A stretch of DNA of 64,000 bases, from the NCBI GenBank assembly GCA_963731765.1, contig CAVSWS010000041.1:77691-141690 (forward strand), given 5' to 3'. Of the stretch, positions 9,666-19,873 are shown piece after piece (positions within the stretch are counted from its first letter, which is position 1; every line of letters starts with the position of its first letter). Below the pieces are notes generated by a model that saw nothing but the letters and a program-made list of their open reading frames with translations, was not told the origin of the DNA and searched no databases. Source of the DNA: an uncultured Chloroflexia bacterium (lineage in GTDB: Bacteria; Chloroflexota; Dehalococcoidia; DSTF01; WHTK01). The position numbers were made by a program, and so were the translations under genes.

Positions 9666-10751
9666 TCAGGCGATGCCGAGGGCGTCTTCGATGACCTGCA
9701 GGTCCGGTGGCACGCTCAGTTCATGGAACGGGAAGGCCTTGCCGGCGGTGTCCGGGTCCTTCAGGCCCATGCCCGTGATGATGCAGACGCAGGTCAGGTT
9801 CTTCAGGTCGGTGTGCTCGGACACTTTGATCAGGCCCGCCACGCTGGCGGCCGAAGCGGGCTCGCAGAACAGGCCCTCTTCCGAGGCCATGCGCTGGTAG
9901 GCGGCGATGATCTCGTCGTCAGTCACGCTATCGATGGCGCCCTCGGACTCGTCGCGGGCGGCGGTGGCCAGCTTCCAGCTCGCCGGGTTGCCGATGCGGA
10001 TGGCCGACGCGATGGTCTGGGGGTCCTCGACGATCTCGTTGCGCACGATCGGTGCAGCGCCGGCGGCTTCGAACCCCATCATCTTCGGCAGGCGAGTCGA
10101 GAGCTTCTGCTGCTCGTACTCCTTGAACCCCGCCCAGTAGGCCGTGATGTTGCCGGCGTTGCCGACGGGCACGAACAGACGGTCCGGCGCTTCGCCCAGG
10201 TCATCGACGATCTCGAAGGCGGCCGTCTTCTGGCCCTGGATGCGGTACTGGTTCACGGAGTTCACGAGCGAGATGGGGTGGCGGTCCGTGTACGCGCGGG
10301 CGAGACGGAGGGCATCGTCGAAGTTGCCGTCAATGGCGACGACCTGCGCTCCGTAGGCGATGCTCTGGGCCAGCTTGCCCATGGCGGTACGTCCCTTGGG
10401 CAGGAAGACGTAAGCCTTGAGCTCGCAGTGCGCCGCGTAGGCTGCGGCTGAAGCGCTGGTGTTGCCGGTGGAGGCGCAGAGGACGGCCTTCGAGCCTTCC
10501 TCGATCGCCTTGGCGACAGCCATGACCATGCCCCGGTCCTTGAACGAGCCGGTGGGGTTGCAGCTCTCCAGCTTGAAGTACAGCTCGCCAATCCCCAGCG
10601 AGGGGCCGATGCGCGTGGACTTCACCAGCGGCGTGCTACCTTCGCCCAGGTCGACGATGGGAGTCGCCGAGGTCAGAGGCAGAAAGTCCGCATAGCGCGA
10701 CAGGACGCCGCGGCGCTGGTTACTCCGGTTCGACGTTGAAGGTACGGGCAC
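9666..10751 (-). CDS. thrC: Threonine synthase
   Basis: 361 aa. PLP-binding 'FKDRGM' lysine motif with 'TGSFKDRG'. N-terminal 'RYADFLPL'. Full-length similarity to ThrC. Confidence 0.9.
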   Translation of the reverse strand: MPVPSTSNRSNQRRGVLSRYADFLPLTSATPIVDLGEGSTPLVKSTRIGPSLGIGELYFKLESCNPTGSFKDRGMVMAVAKAIEEGSKAVLCASTGNTSASAAAYAAHCELKAYVFLPKGRTAMGKLAQSIAYGAQVVAIDGNFDDALRLARAYTDRHPISLVNSVNQYRIQGQKTAAFEIVDDLGEAPDRLFVPVGNAGNITAYWAGFKEYEQQKLSTRLPKMMGFEAAGAAPIVRNEIVEDPQTIASAIRIGNPASWKLATAARDESEGAIDSVTDDEIIAAYQRMASEEGLFCEPASAASVAGLIKVSEHTDLKNLTCVCIITGMGLKDPDTAGKAFPFHELSVPPDLQVIEDALGIA

Positions 10752-11730
10752 GGAGGTCCTTAATCTCTTTCTCTAGGGCGCCCATCTCCCGCTTGCGGAA
10801 GTCGGCACTCAAATCGCGAAGTCCGTTCAGGTACGCGCCTAGCTGCTCTCGTTCGATCTGCAGATTCTCGCGCAGCTTGCGCAGGTCGTCTTGATAGCCT
10901 GTGATGCGCGCTTCGATCAGCGACGATCGCTCGTCATGGCCGTTGAGCCTGCCGTCGATCGTGTTGATGGTGGAGACGATGGCGTTGATCTGCTCGTTGT
11001 GGCGAGTGCGTTCGGCCTGCACCAGCTCCAGGCGGTCGTCGATGCGAGTGATCTTGTTCGTCTCGACGCGGATGACGGCAATCTCGGCTTCCAGGCGGCG
11101 GAGCATCTCGGCGTTACTGGCGACGCGCTCCTCGTGGGTGACGTCGATGTTCTGAAGCGCCATCACGGCGCCGGCGAAGCGTGTGAGCTCCTGGTCGATG
11201 CGGCTAAGGGTGGAAATCGTGCGCGCCTGGTCGGTCTCGTTCTCTGCGACGGCGTTTTCCAGCACCTCGACCCGCATCATGATCTGCGAGATCTGGTCCA
11301 GGTTGCGGCGGCTGTACTCTTCCGTCTTCTGGATGCGCTCCGGCAGGACTTCGATCGCTCGTTCGATGTCGGTGAAGCGACGGCCGTAGGCGTTCTTGTC
11401 CTGACGCACCACCTCGGCTTCTTCCTGGACGCGGCGTTCGAACTCCTCACGCGCGTGACGCAGGTTGTTGATGTCGTCCTGGCTGCGGGCGACGAGGTCT
11501 CGCAGGGAGCGCAGGTCGTCCTGGACGTGCATGAGCGCGGTGCCCATGCCATCGAACTGGGAAAGGGCGGTGTGGACCTGGTGCGACGTTTCGGACGCGT
11601 CTGAGGCGACGTTACGGCTCTGGTCTGCAGCCTGCGCGACGACCGCGAGACGGCTCTTGATCTCCGAGAGCTCGGAGTGCACCCAGGCCAGGGCGTCGCC
11701 GTTCAGTGGTATTTCGCGTCGTGTCGTCAC
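10720..11730 (-). CDS. Coiled-coil protein of unknown function
   Basis: 336 aa, almost entirely heptad-repeat, charged and Leu/Ile-rich, with no enzymatic motifs. Its start overlaps the hom stop by 4 bp and its end overlaps the thrC start. Confidence 0.5.
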   Translation of the reverse strand: MTTRREIPLNGDALAWVHSELSEIKSRLAVVAQAADQSRNVASDASETSHQVHTALSQFDGMGTALMHVQDDLRSLRDLVARSQDDINNLRHAREEFERRVQEEAEVVRQDKNAYGRRFTDIERAIEVLPERIQKTEEYSRRNLDQISQIMMRVEVLENAVAENETDQARTISTLSRIDQELTRFAGAVMALQNIDVTHEERVASNAEMLRRLEAEIAVIRVETNKITRIDDRLELVQAERTRHNEQINAIVSTINTIDGRLNGHDERSSLIEARITGYQDDLRKLRENLQIEREQLGAYLNGLRDLSADFRKREMGALEKEIKDLRARTFNVEPE

Positions 11731-13016
11731 TGCTCTTCTACTCTCAGGAAGCTGCCGATCTCCTGAACCACGCCCAGCGCCTCGACGTCTCTCAAGGCGC
11801 TCTGCATCGCGGCCTCGCGGGCCTCATGCGTCATGATAACCAACTCCGCCGTCTGTGAGGCCGGGTCGGACTCCTTCTGGATTACGGTCGCGATGCTGAT
11901 CTTGGCTTCACCCAGGCACGCGGCGATCTGCGCCAGCACGCCGGGGCGGTCCTTGGCGGTGAGACGGATGTAGTAGCGCGTCGTCAGCTCGTCGATGGAC
12001 AGGATGGGCAGCATCGCCTGCTCCATGGTGCGGATGACGGGGCCGCCGCCGATAACGCCCTGCGCAGCTTCGATGACGTCGCCAAGCACCGCGCTGACTG
12101 TGGGGAAGCCGGCGCCGGGGCCCTGGAAGTTGACCCGGCCCACGAGGTCGCCCTCGACCTGCACGGCGTTGAGCACGCCATCGACCTTTGCGAGCGGCGC
12201 GTCGGCGGGCAGGAGGGCGGGGTGCACCCGGGCCTGGATGCCGCCGTCCTGGGCGCTCGCGAGCGCCAGCAGCTTGATCGCGTAGCCGAACTCGGCGGCG
12301 TACTTGAAGTCTTTCGCCGTGAGCTTTGTGATCCCCTCGCGGTGGATCGATTCGCGGTCAACGGGCGTACGGAAGGCGAGGCTGGCCAGGATCGCCAGCT
12401 TGTAGCGCGCGTCCTCGCCCTCGACGTCGTTCGTGGGGTCCGGCTCCGCGTAGCCGAGGCCTTGAGCCCGCCCCAGCGCGTCGGCGAAGTCGGCGCCCTC
12501 GCGGCTCATCGCCGTCAGGATGTAGTTCGTCGTGCCGTTGATGATGGCGGAGATGGCGCTGATGCTGTTTGCCGCCAGGTCGCGTCGCAAGGGCTGGATG
12601 ATGGGGATGCCGCCGCCGACGCTTGCCTCGAACAGCAGGTCTGCGTTGTGCGACTGCGCCACGGATAGCAGGTGAGCGCCGTGCTTTGCCATCACCTCTT
12701 TGTTCGCTGTGACGAGGGCCTTGCCGGCCTCCAGCGCCGCGACCATGTAGTCGACGGCCGGGTCTTCGACGCCCAGCATCTCGACCACGATGTCGACGTC
12801 CGGCTGCAAGAAGCGCGAGGCGTCCGTTGTCAGCAGGGCGGAGTCGATGCCCTCGCGTTCCCTGGAGAGGTCCTTGACCAGGATGGAATCGATGACCAGC
12901 GGCCGTCCCAGCTGCGCGGCGTAGATGTCCGCCTTCTGGATCAAGGTTCGGGCCACGGCGGCGCCGACTGTTCCGGCGCCCAGCAGGGCTAGCCTGATGG
13001 CGCCATCCCTAGCCAC
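11727..13016 (-). CDS. hom: Homoserine dehydrogenase
   Basis: 429 aa. N-terminal NAD(P)-binding 'LLGAGTVG', catalytic domain and C-terminal ACT domain. Confidence 0.9.
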   Translation of the reverse strand: MARDGAIRLALLGAGTVGAAVARTLIQKADIYAAQLGRPLVIDSILVKDLSREREGIDSALLTTDASRFLQPDVDIVVEMLGVEDPAVDYMVAALEAGKALVTANKEVMAKHGAHLLSVAQSHNADLLFEASVGGGIPIIQPLRRDLAANSISAISAIINGTTNYILTAMSREGADFADALGRAQGLGYAEPDPTNDVEGEDARYKLAILASLAFRTPVDRESIHREGITKLTAKDFKYAAEFGYAIKLLALASAQDGGIQARVHPALLPADAPLAKVDGVLNAVQVEGDLVGRVNFQGPGAGFPTVSAVLGDVIEAAQGVIGGGPVIRTMEQAMLPILSIDELTTRYYIRLTAKDRPGVLAQIAACLGEAKISIATVIQKESDPASQTAELVIMTHEAREAAMQSALRDVEALGVVQEIGSFLRVEEQ

Positions 13017-13980
13017 CGGACACCTGCTGCAGGTGGCTGGCGATGCGCTGCGCCTGCCCCACGGTGACCAGGTTCTGCAGCTCGTACGTGTTGGAGGCTG
13101 CCTCCAGCTTGTCGCCGAAGTAGGCCTTGGCCAGGCTCAGCTTCGTCGCGTCCTCCAGCTGGCGCGTCTCTTTGCCATCGATGCGAAGGAGGTAGTAGCC
13201 GTTATCCGTCTGGATCACGTCGCTCAGCTTGCCGACCTCCAGGTTGAAGGCGTCGTCAGCGAGCGGAGCGACGAGCAGGTCGTGTGGCGTCCAACCGATG
13301 GCGCCGCCCTGCTGTGCGCTGGAGTGCTGCGACACGTCCTTGGCGACCTCACCGAAGTCCTCGCCGTTGACGATACGGTCTCGTGCCTGGGCTGCTTCGG
13401 CGTCCGTCTTAACAAGGATAAGGTTCAGCTGGACCTCTTCCATCTCGTCCGGAATGCCGGCCTCGAGCTGGTCGACCATCTTCTGCTGAATGACATTGAC
13501 CTTGATGATTTCCTTGTACTGGTCGAGCGAGAGACCAACCTGCTTCAGGTGGTTCTGCAGCTCCGCCGCGAAGACGTTGCGAGAGGCGTCGGGGCTAACG
13601 CCGAGGTCCTTCCGCATGCCATCGTCCAGCTCCGCATCGGAAATCGTGACTCCCTCATCCCGGGCGATGAGACGGGTGAGCTCCTCGTTCTGGATGTTGC
13701 TCACTACGGTGGCGATGCTGTTTGTGAGATTGCTGGTGTCGATCTGGCCCTGCACATATGCAGCATCGATCCGGTCTTGCAGGTAGGAATAGCTGAACTT
13801 GCGACCACCCACTGTGAACACGGTGTCGTTGTTCGGCGCGATGCGGTCGACATAATAGCCAACCGCGATCAGGGCAAACGACACGGCCACAACCAGGACG
13901 ATGCTGCTGATAAGCAGCACCCGGTTGCGGCTCTCCGGATCGACGTGGCCGGTACTGAAGAGGTTTTGTATTCGACTCAA
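13009..13980 (-). CDS. PpiC-type (parvulin) peptidyl-prolyl cis-trans isomerase, PrsA/SurA-like, membrane-anchored
   Basis: 323 aa. N-terminal TM 'LLISSIVLVVAVSFALIAV'. C-terminal parvulin domain 'GGAIGWTPHDLLVAPLADDAFNLEVGKLSDVIQTDNGYYLLRIDG'. Confidence 0.7.
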   Translation of the reverse strand: MSRIQNLFSTGHVDPESRNRVLLISSIVLVVAVSFALIAVGYYVDRIAPNNDTVFTVGGRKFSYSYLQDRIDAAYVQGQIDTSNLTNSIATVVSNIQNEELTRLIARDEGVTISDAELDDGMRKDLGVSPDASRNVFAAELQNHLKQVGLSLDQYKEIIKVNVIQQKMVDQLEAGIPDEMEEVQLNLILVKTDAEAAQARDRIVNGEDFGEVAKDVSQHSSAQQGGAIGWTPHDLLVAPLADDAFNLEVGKLSDVIQTDNGYYLLRIDGKETRQLEDATKLSLAKAYFGDKLEAASNTYELQNLVTVGQAQRIASHLQQVSGG

Positions 13981-14039
13981 AGCGGGGCGCCCTCTGAGAG
14001 TGGCATCATGCCCATTCTCGGCTCAGGCTGAAACGTGGA

Positions 14040-14420
14040 TCAAGAGCGGCTGGGGAATACGCCGGTCTGCTGGATGTGCATCGCGGTGTAAGGCAGCAGG
14101 GCGATGTGCCGGGCGCGCTTGAGAGCCAGGGTCAGCATGCGCTGGTGCTTGGCACACGTACCGGTCTTGCGGCGCGGCTCGATCTTCGCGCGGTCGGAGA
14201 CGTAGCGGCGCAGCTTTGCCGGCTCCTTGTAATCGATGTGGTCGATCTTGTCGACACAGAAGGCGCACACACGGCGTCGCCCGAAACGGCCACCACCACC
14301 CCCACGTCGACGCGGGCGCTCGGGGCGTTCCGAACGGTCGCCGCCACCACCACCGCCGCTGTACTCAGACGGGGCGCTGTTCGGAGATTCTGATGCTGAG
14401 GGCTGTGTCGATTCGCTCAC
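14040..14420 (-). CDS. rpsR: 30S ribosomal protein S18 with Gly/Arg-rich N-terminal extension
   Basis: C-terminal '[60 protein letters not shown]' is canonical S18. About 50 aa N-terminal low-complexity '[29 protein letters not shown]'. Confidence 0.85.
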   Translation of the reverse strand: MSESTQPSASESPNSAPSEYSGGGGGGDRSERPERPRRRGGGGGRFGRRRVCAFCVDKIDHIDYKEPAKLRRYVSDRAKIEPRRKTGTCAKHQRMLTLALKRARHIALLPYTAMHIQQTGVFPSRS

Positions 14421-14432
14421 TGTTTCCTACTC

Positions 14433-14828
14433 CTAAGGTTCGAACGGGATGTCGTCCAGGTTCATGTCGCCGCCGCCGTCCGGCATGCCCACACCCTGGG
14501 GGCGGTCCAGGAACAGGACCTGGTTCGCGACAAGCTCCGTCATGTATCGTTTCTGGCCGTCCGGGCCGTCCCAGCTACGAGTGCTCTGGCGGCCTTCGAC
14601 GTAGACCTTGCGGCCCTTCGTGAGGTGCGCCTGCACCAGCTCTGCCAGCTTGTTCCAGGCGACGACGCGAAACCATTCCGTCTCTTCGCGGCGCTCGCCC
14701 TCGACGTTGAAGGTGCGGCCAACAGCTACCCGGAAAGTGGTCACCGCCGTGCCATTGGCCGTGTAGCGCATCTCCGGGTCACTACCCAGATTGCCGATGA
14801 TCTCTACGCGGTTTAGCCCGTCCGGCAT
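14433..14828 (-). CDS. ssb: Single-stranded DNA-binding protein
   Basis: 131 aa. OB-fold region 'VEIIGNLGSDPEMRYTANGTAVTTFRVAV...WFRVVAWNKLAE' and acidic C-terminal tail 'DDIPFEP'. Confidence 0.9.
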   Translation of the reverse strand: MPDGLNRVEIIGNLGSDPEMRYTANGTAVTTFRVAVGRTFNVEGERREETEWFRVVAWNKLAELVQAHLTKGRKVYVEGRQSTRSWDGPDGQKRYMTELVANQVLFLDRPQGVGMPDGGGDMNLDDIPFEP

Positions 14829-14860
14829 TTAAGACCTAATTTCCTTCTTCTGCAGACTGG

Positions 14861-15160
14861 CTATTCGTCCGATCGCACCACGATGTGGCGGATGATCTCT
14901 TCCGAGATCCGGAGTGTGCCCTCAAAGGCCAGCACATCCGCCGGGTCCATCTTGATCTGGCTCACCACGTAGTTGCCCTCAAAGTGACGGCTGATCGGGT
15001 AGGCGAGGCGTCGCCGGCCCCAGTGGTTTACCTCCACGACTTCGCCGCCGTGGCTGGTCACACCCTGGTTCAGGCGCTCCAGGCTCTCTGACACCACGTC
15101 ATCGCCAATTTCTGGGTTGAGGATGACAACCACTTCGTAGTCGCGTAAAGATGTTGCCAA
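14861..15160 (-). CDS. rpsF: 30S ribosomal protein S6 (TTG start)
   Basis: Track ORF 14861..15367 is over-extended. S6 homology begins at 'LATSLRDYEVVVILNPEI'. The Leu at aa 70 is TTG, preceded by a GGAG Shine-Dalgarno about 6 nt upstream. Classic rpsF-ssb-rpsR order. Confidence 0.75.
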   Translation of the reverse strand: MATSLRDYEVVVILNPEIGDDVVSESLERLNQGVTSHGGEVVEVNHWGRRRLAYPISRHFEGNYVVSQIKMDPADVLAFEGTLRISEEIIRHIVVRSDE

Positions 15161-15438
15161 GTCTTGCTCCTGCAAATGTCGCAATGAAACACGCGCGCCA
15201 TCAGGCCCGCGATAACTTGCTAATTCTAGGTGGGCTATCGTCGACAAGTCAACGAACGGCCCGCTATCAGCTTGCCACGACATGCGGCGCTTGTGCGAGG
15301 GCGCAGCGGGACAATCCTGCTGTGATAAAATTCTCCTCGCGAATTGATTAGTCTCATGATCAATCACTGGGGGTGGGGTAGCTGGAAGGGATTCGCCTGA
15401 AGCCGCCGGTTCTCATTGGGGCCTTCGTTGCCGTCGCC

Positions 15439-16497
15439 TTGCTCTCCGGGCTTGCCTCCGGCGCGGTCGTCGCCGTCCTCACGGATAACGGCGACGCCAC
15501 ACCGAGCCAGGCCGCGGAGGGAACGCGCAGCCCATCACCCACGCGCACGCTGACGCCGGAAGAAACGCTAACACGTGTCGCCGAGACGGCCAGCAACTCC
15601 GTCGTCACCGTGGTGAACGAAGGTGACACGCGGGTCGAGAACGGGCTGTCGGTCCAGACCGTCAACAGCGGCTCCGGCGTAATCATCGATTCGGCCGGAT
15701 TCATCCTGACGAACGAGCATGTTGTGCACGAACCCGGTACCCTGAGTGTCGTGCTCAACAATGGAGAGCAGAGGCCCGCGAAACTCATTTCTCAGGATGC
15801 TCCGTTCACGGACCTCGCAGTGCTGCAGATCCCGGAGGGCGGCCTGACAGCCCTGACGTTAGGCGACTCTGCGAACCTCCACGTCGGCCAGAGCGTGCTC
15901 GCCATCGGCAGCGCCCTCTACGAGTACGACAACAGCGTCACGTCCGGCATCGTCAGCGGTCTCGGGCGTCGTTATCTACGCAACGGCATCTTCATGGAGG
16001 ACCTCATTCAGACCGACGCCGCCGTCAACACCGGCAATAGCGGAGGGCCGCTGATCACCTCGGACGGGCGCATGGTCGGCCTTGTCTCGAACGTCGTGCG
16101 CAGCGTCAACGGTTTCGAAAACGTGCAGGGCATCGCCTTTGCCATCTCTACCCGCACGATCGTGCCGATCGTCGATGCGATCCTCAGCAACGGCAGCTTC
16201 CCGCGCCCTTACTTCGGCGTCGATCAGCTCGACCTCGATGTGCCGACGGCGGCTCAGATGAACCTGCCCGTCTCGCAGGGTGCGCTGGTGCAATCCGTCG
16301 AAGCCGGCAGCCCCGCCGAACAGGCCGGCATCCAGCAAGGCGACATCATCCTCAACCTGGGCGGCAGCGACATCTCGGAAGAGTTCACGTATTTGAACGC
16401 GCTCGCCATCGTGGCGCCGGACGATCGCATTCCGGTTACGTTGCTACGTAACGGCGAGACGATGCAGATCAGCGTGCAACTGGTGCCGCGGCAATGA
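15439..16497 (+). CDS. htrA: HtrA/DegP-family trypsin-like serine protease with PDZ domain
   Basis: 352 aa. Catalytic triad context 'TNEHVV'...'GNSGGPL' and C-terminal PDZ. The N-terminal membrane anchor appears to begin upstream of the TTG, so a non-canonical CTG/ATT start after a GGAAGGG SD is possible. Confidence 0.85.
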   Translation: MLSGLASGAVVAVLTDNGDATPSQAAEGTRSPSPTRTLTPEETLTRVAETASNSVVTVVNEGDTRVENGLSVQTVNSGSGVIIDSAGFILTNEHVVHEPGTLSVVLNNGEQRPAKLISQDAPFTDLAVLQIPEGGLTALTLGDSANLHVGQSVLAIGSALYEYDNSVTSGIVSGLGRRYLRNGIFMEDLIQTDAAVNTGNSGGPLITSDGRMVGLVSNVVRSVNGFENVQGIAFAISTRTIVPIVDAILSNGSFPRPYFGVDQLDLDVPTAAQMNLPVSQGALVQSVEAGSPAEQAGIQQGDIILNLGGSDISEEFTYLNALAIVAPDDRIPVTLLRNGETMQISVQLVPRQ

Positions 16498-18143
16498 ACG
16501 ACCGCAACCCCTTCCGCCAGCGAGAAGGAGAACCGGTCGATAACTCGGCCCGACTGATCCTCATGGGTCTGGGCGGGCTCGCCGTCATCCTCTTTGCCCT
16601 CTTCGTGTGGCCGTTCTCGGTGTTTGGGGGCGGTGGAGGTGGCAACGGCACCGGCACCGATGGCACCACCCTGAGCGCGGGAGCCGGTGATGGTCAGGTC
16701 GCCGGCGTGCCCACCGGCTTCGAGGCCCTCAGCATTCACTTCGAAGACCTCAAAGCGCCGAAGGACACCGGTCCTTACGTGCTGACGATGCCGCTGCTGC
16801 AGCAAGAGTCGGACGGGCGCAACCTCGGTCTCTATACCTTCAAAGACAACAAGTGGGTCCGCGTTTCCCCTGCCACGCTCGTGAGCAACGGCACGGCGGC
16901 CAGCGGCGAGGTGGACGACATGCCCACCAACCTCGCCGTGCTGCGATTGCTGAGCAGCGCCGTGCAGATCACGGGCTGGCTGCCTTCCGGCGCCAAGCCC
17001 GACGCCGACGGGCTCGATGTGCTTTCGACAGTCAACCCGGCCGACTTCGCCCCGACGGCGGACGGCAGCGTCTCCGGCAAGGCGACTACGCTGACGGGCG
17101 TCACCGGCAACATCGTCCCCACCGTGCGCGCGTCGACCACGGACGACGACAACGCCGTCGACACCATCCTCGCTTCGCCGGCGCTGCTGGACCAGCACGT
17201 CACCGCTCTTGTGCAGCTCGCCCTTCAGAGTGGCAACGCGGGCATCGATATCGATTATCCGAATGTCGCCCCTGCCCGTAAGGCAGACTTCACGGGCTTC
17301 ATCACCGTCCTCGCCGGTCAGCTGCACCAGGCTAACCGCACCCTCAGCGTCACGCTGCCCACGCCGAAGCGCGCCGGCGTGAGCTGGGACACCGGCGCCT
17401 ACGACTGGGAGCAGATCACAAAGCAGGCGGACCTGGTGAAATTGCGGCCAAACCCCGACCCTTCCCTCTACTTCCAGAGCGTCACAGACGTCCTCGATTA
17501 CCTCAAAGGCCGGAACGTTGACCTGAAGAAGGTCGCCCTCGTCGTCAACCGCGAGAGCTACGAAAGCGGCCCGGATGGCCTCACCGGCATGAACCTCTTC
17601 CAGGCGCTGAGCCTCGCAAGCGACCTCGAGGTGCGGACGGCGTCGACGATCACGCCGAACAGCTCTGTGGTCATCGTGGGGCGCAACATCTTCCAGGACG
17701 ACGGCGCCAGCGGCATCGAGTGGGACGATCAGGCGAAGGCTGTCTCGTTCCAATACCCCGGCCTCGGCGGCACGCACACGGTGTGGATGGAGAATAGCCT
17801 CAGCCTCGCGTTCAAGCTCCAGCTCGCCTCGAAGTACGGTCTGGCGGGCGTGGCGATTTCAGACGTTTCGGATACCCAGGGTAAGGCGGACTTCTGGGAG
17901 CCCCTGCGTGTCTACAGCGGGTCGGGCGAGGTCCAGCCCGCGTCGGCCAACTCCGTCATGCTTCGGCCGGAGTGGGAAGTCCAGGCGGGCGACCCGCAGC
18001 CGGAGTCCAAGGGCAACCTCGTCTGGACGGCGCCTGCACAGCCGGGCACCTATCAGATCACCCTTATCGTCTCGGACGGCGTGATCCGGGCCTCTCGCAG
18101 CCTGCAGCTCGAGGTTCAGGCGCCGGCTCCCACCAACAACTGA
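16494..18143 (+). CDS. Membrane-anchored GH18-like (chitinase-fold) domain protein, probably non-catalytic, with C-terminal Ig/PKD-like domain
   Basis: 549 aa. N-terminal TM. 'NAGIDIDYPNVAP' resembles the GH18 'DGxDxDWEYP' motif but lacks the WE including the catalytic Glu. 4-bp overlap with htrA, and stop/start overlap (TGATG) with rsmD. Confidence 0.5.
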   Translation: MNDRNPFRQREGEPVDNSARLILMGLGGLAVILFALFVWPFSVFGGGGGGNGTGTDGTTLSAGAGDGQVAGVPTGFEALSIHFEDLKAPKDTGPYVLTMPLLQQESDGRNLGLYTFKDNKWVRVSPATLVSNGTAASGEVDDMPTNLAVLRLLSSAVQITGWLPSGAKPDADGLDVLSTVNPADFAPTADGSVSGKATTLTGVTGNIVPTVRASTTDDDNAVDTILASPALLDQHVTALVQLALQSGNAGIDIDYPNVAPARKADFTGFITVLAGQLHQANRTLSVTLPTPKRAGVSWDTGAYDWEQITKQADLVKLRPNPDPSLYFQSVTDVLDYLKGRNVDLKKVALVVNRESYESGPDGLTGMNLFQALSLASDLEVRTASTITPNSSVVIVGRNIFQDDGASGIEWDDQAKAVSFQYPGLGGTHTVWMENSLSLAFKLQLASKYGLAGVAISDVSDTQGKADFWEPLRVYSGSGEVQPASANSVMLRPEWEVQAGDPQPESKGNLVWTAPAQPGTYQITLIVSDGVIRASRSLQLEVQAPAPTNN

Positions 18144-18685
18144 TGCCACTGCGTGTGATTGGCGGATCGCTCGGTGGGCGGCGGCTGGAAGGCCCGCCTC
18201 GCTCCGGCGTGCGTCCCACCACGGACCGAGTACGGGAAGCGCTCTTCGAGGTCCTCGGTGACCTGGTCGAGGGCGCCCGCGTGCTCGACCTGTACTCCGG
18301 CACCGGCGCCATCGGCATCGAGGCGATGAGCCGGGGCGCCGAATGGTGCGACTTCGTCGAGTCGGACCCGAAGGCGCAGGCCGTGATCCGGGAGAACCTG
18401 ACGCGCACGGCGCTGCTCGACGTCACGAAGCTGTATCCGTTGCAGGTGGCCCGCTCCCTTTCGCGGTTGCAGGGCCCGTACGATCTGGTGGTGGCAGACC
18501 CGCCCTACGAGTATGATCGGGCGGAGTCGGAGCTGGCTCAGGTGCTTACGAGCGGGTTACTGGCCGAAGGGGGCGTACTCGCCGTGGAGCACTCGCAGCG
18601 CAAGCCGTGGCCGCAGGAGCTCGGCGGGCGCGCCCAGTTCGCCTCCCGTCGCTATGGCGACACTCGCGTCACCCTCTATCGCTAG
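18143..18685 (+). CDS. rsmD: 16S rRNA (guanine966-N2)-methyltransferase RsmD
   Basis: Internal Met 'MPLRVIGGSLGGRRL' at aa 58 of track ORF 17972..18685. 'LDLYSGTGAIGIEAMSRGA' SAM motif and 'DPPY' motif. Followed by coaD as in many bacteria. Confidence 0.8.
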   Translation: MPLRVIGGSLGGRRLEGPPRSGVRPTTDRVREALFEVLGDLVEGARVLDLYSGTGAIGIEAMSRGAEWCDFVESDPKAQAVIRENLTRTALLDVTKLYPLQVARSLSRLQGPYDLVVADPPYEYDRAESELAQVLTSGLLAEGGVLAVEHSQRKPWPQELGGRAQFASRRYGDTRVTLYR

Positions 18686-18694
18686 GAGCCCTGA

Positions 18695-19192
18695 ATGCCC
18701 ACCGCTTTCTTCGCCGGCCGCTTCGACCCGCTGACGAACGGCCATCTCGATATTGCCCTGCGCGCGGCCGACCTGTTTGAACACCTCGTGGTCGGTGTCG
18801 AGCAGTCGGGGAATCGCGGCGTCGGCGGCCCCACCACGCTCTTCGATACTGAGGAGCGCGTCGCCTTCTTCCGGGAGGCCGTGAAGGACTGCGGCAACGT
18901 GAAGGTGCTGCCGTACAGCGGCCTCACCGTCGATTTCGCGCGGCAGCAGGGCGCGACGATCCTGATCCGGGCCATGCGCGGCGGCACCGACTTTGAGACG
19001 GAGTTCGACCAGGCCCTGATGAACCGCCGCATGGCGCCGGAGATCGAGTCGGTCTATCTGATCACCCGCCTCGAATGGTTGTTCATCAGCGCCTCTCGTA
19101 TCCGTGAAGTGGCGCGTCTCGGCTATGATGTCTCAGGACTCGTGCCGGAGAATGTAGCGCTGGCGTTGAAGAAGAAATTCCGTCAGAGTTAA
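18695..19192 (+). CDS. coaD: Phosphopantetheine adenylyltransferase
   Basis: 165 aa. 'FAGRFDPLTNGHLDI' nucleotidyltransferase H-x-G-H motif region. Confidence 0.9.
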   Translation: MPTAFFAGRFDPLTNGHLDIALRAADLFEHLVVGVEQSGNRGVGGPTTLFDTEERVAFFREAVKDCGNVKVLPYSGLTVDFARQQGATILIRAMRGGTDFETEFDQALMNRRMAPEIESVYLITRLEWLFISASRIREVARLGYDVSGLVPENVALALKKKFRQS

Positions 19193-19220
19193 AACAAACC
19201 GAAGCGCTTAGGAGAAGCGA

Positions 19221-19817
19221 TTGGACATCCTTCATCTCATCGACCGGCTTGAGGAGCTCGTTGCGGAAGCACGCCGCATGCCCATCGGTCAGGGTGTCGT
19301 CGTCGATAGGCGCCGGTTGCTGGAGCTCGTAGACCAGATGCGCTCCACGGTGCCGTGGGAGGTCAAAGAGGCCGACCGCATCGTCAAGGAGAAGGAAGAC
19401 ATCATCGAGGAGGCCCGCCGCGAGGGCGAGGGCATCATCCAGCGCGCCGAGATGGAAGCGCAGGAGAAGCTCGACGAGACGGCGATCCTCCAGGCGGCCG
19501 AGCGCGAAGCCGCTGCCGTCCTCTCGCGCGCCGAAGAGCGATCGCAGCAGATGCACGAGGATGCCCAGCAGCAGGTGCAGGCCCGTCTACGTCAGGCCGA
19601 ACAGGCCGCCACAAACCAGATGGACGAAGCCGACCGCTACGCCCTCGAGATGCTGCGCCGCCTCGACGCCCAGCTCAACGCCTTCAGCACCACGATTCGC
19701 ACGGGCATCGATGCCCTGGAAGAGCGCACCGGCGAAGCAGCCCAGGCCGCGCAGGACCCGGGCGCTTACGACTACGACAACGGCACGGAGCCCGGTCAGC
19801 AGTACCCGCAGCAGTAG
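19221..19817 (+). CDS. Hypothetical coiled-coil protein (ATP-synthase b-like charged helical repeats)
   Basis: 198 aa. Highly charged E/R/A/Q-rich helix. No confident family assignment. Confidence 0.4.
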   Translation: MDILHLIDRLEELVAEARRMPIGQGVVVDRRRLLELVDQMRSTVPWEVKEADRIVKEKEDIIEEARREGEGIIQRAEMEAQEKLDETAILQAAEREAAAVLSRAEERSQQMHEDAQQQVQARLRQAEQAATNQMDEADRYALEMLRRLDAQLNAFSTTIRTGIDALEERTGEAAQAAQDPGAYDYDNGTEPGQQYPQQ

Positions 19818-19873
19818 CAGCCGGCCGTTCTACTGAATCCACGTCGGATACTGTGAGCGCAGCTTGTTACTGC

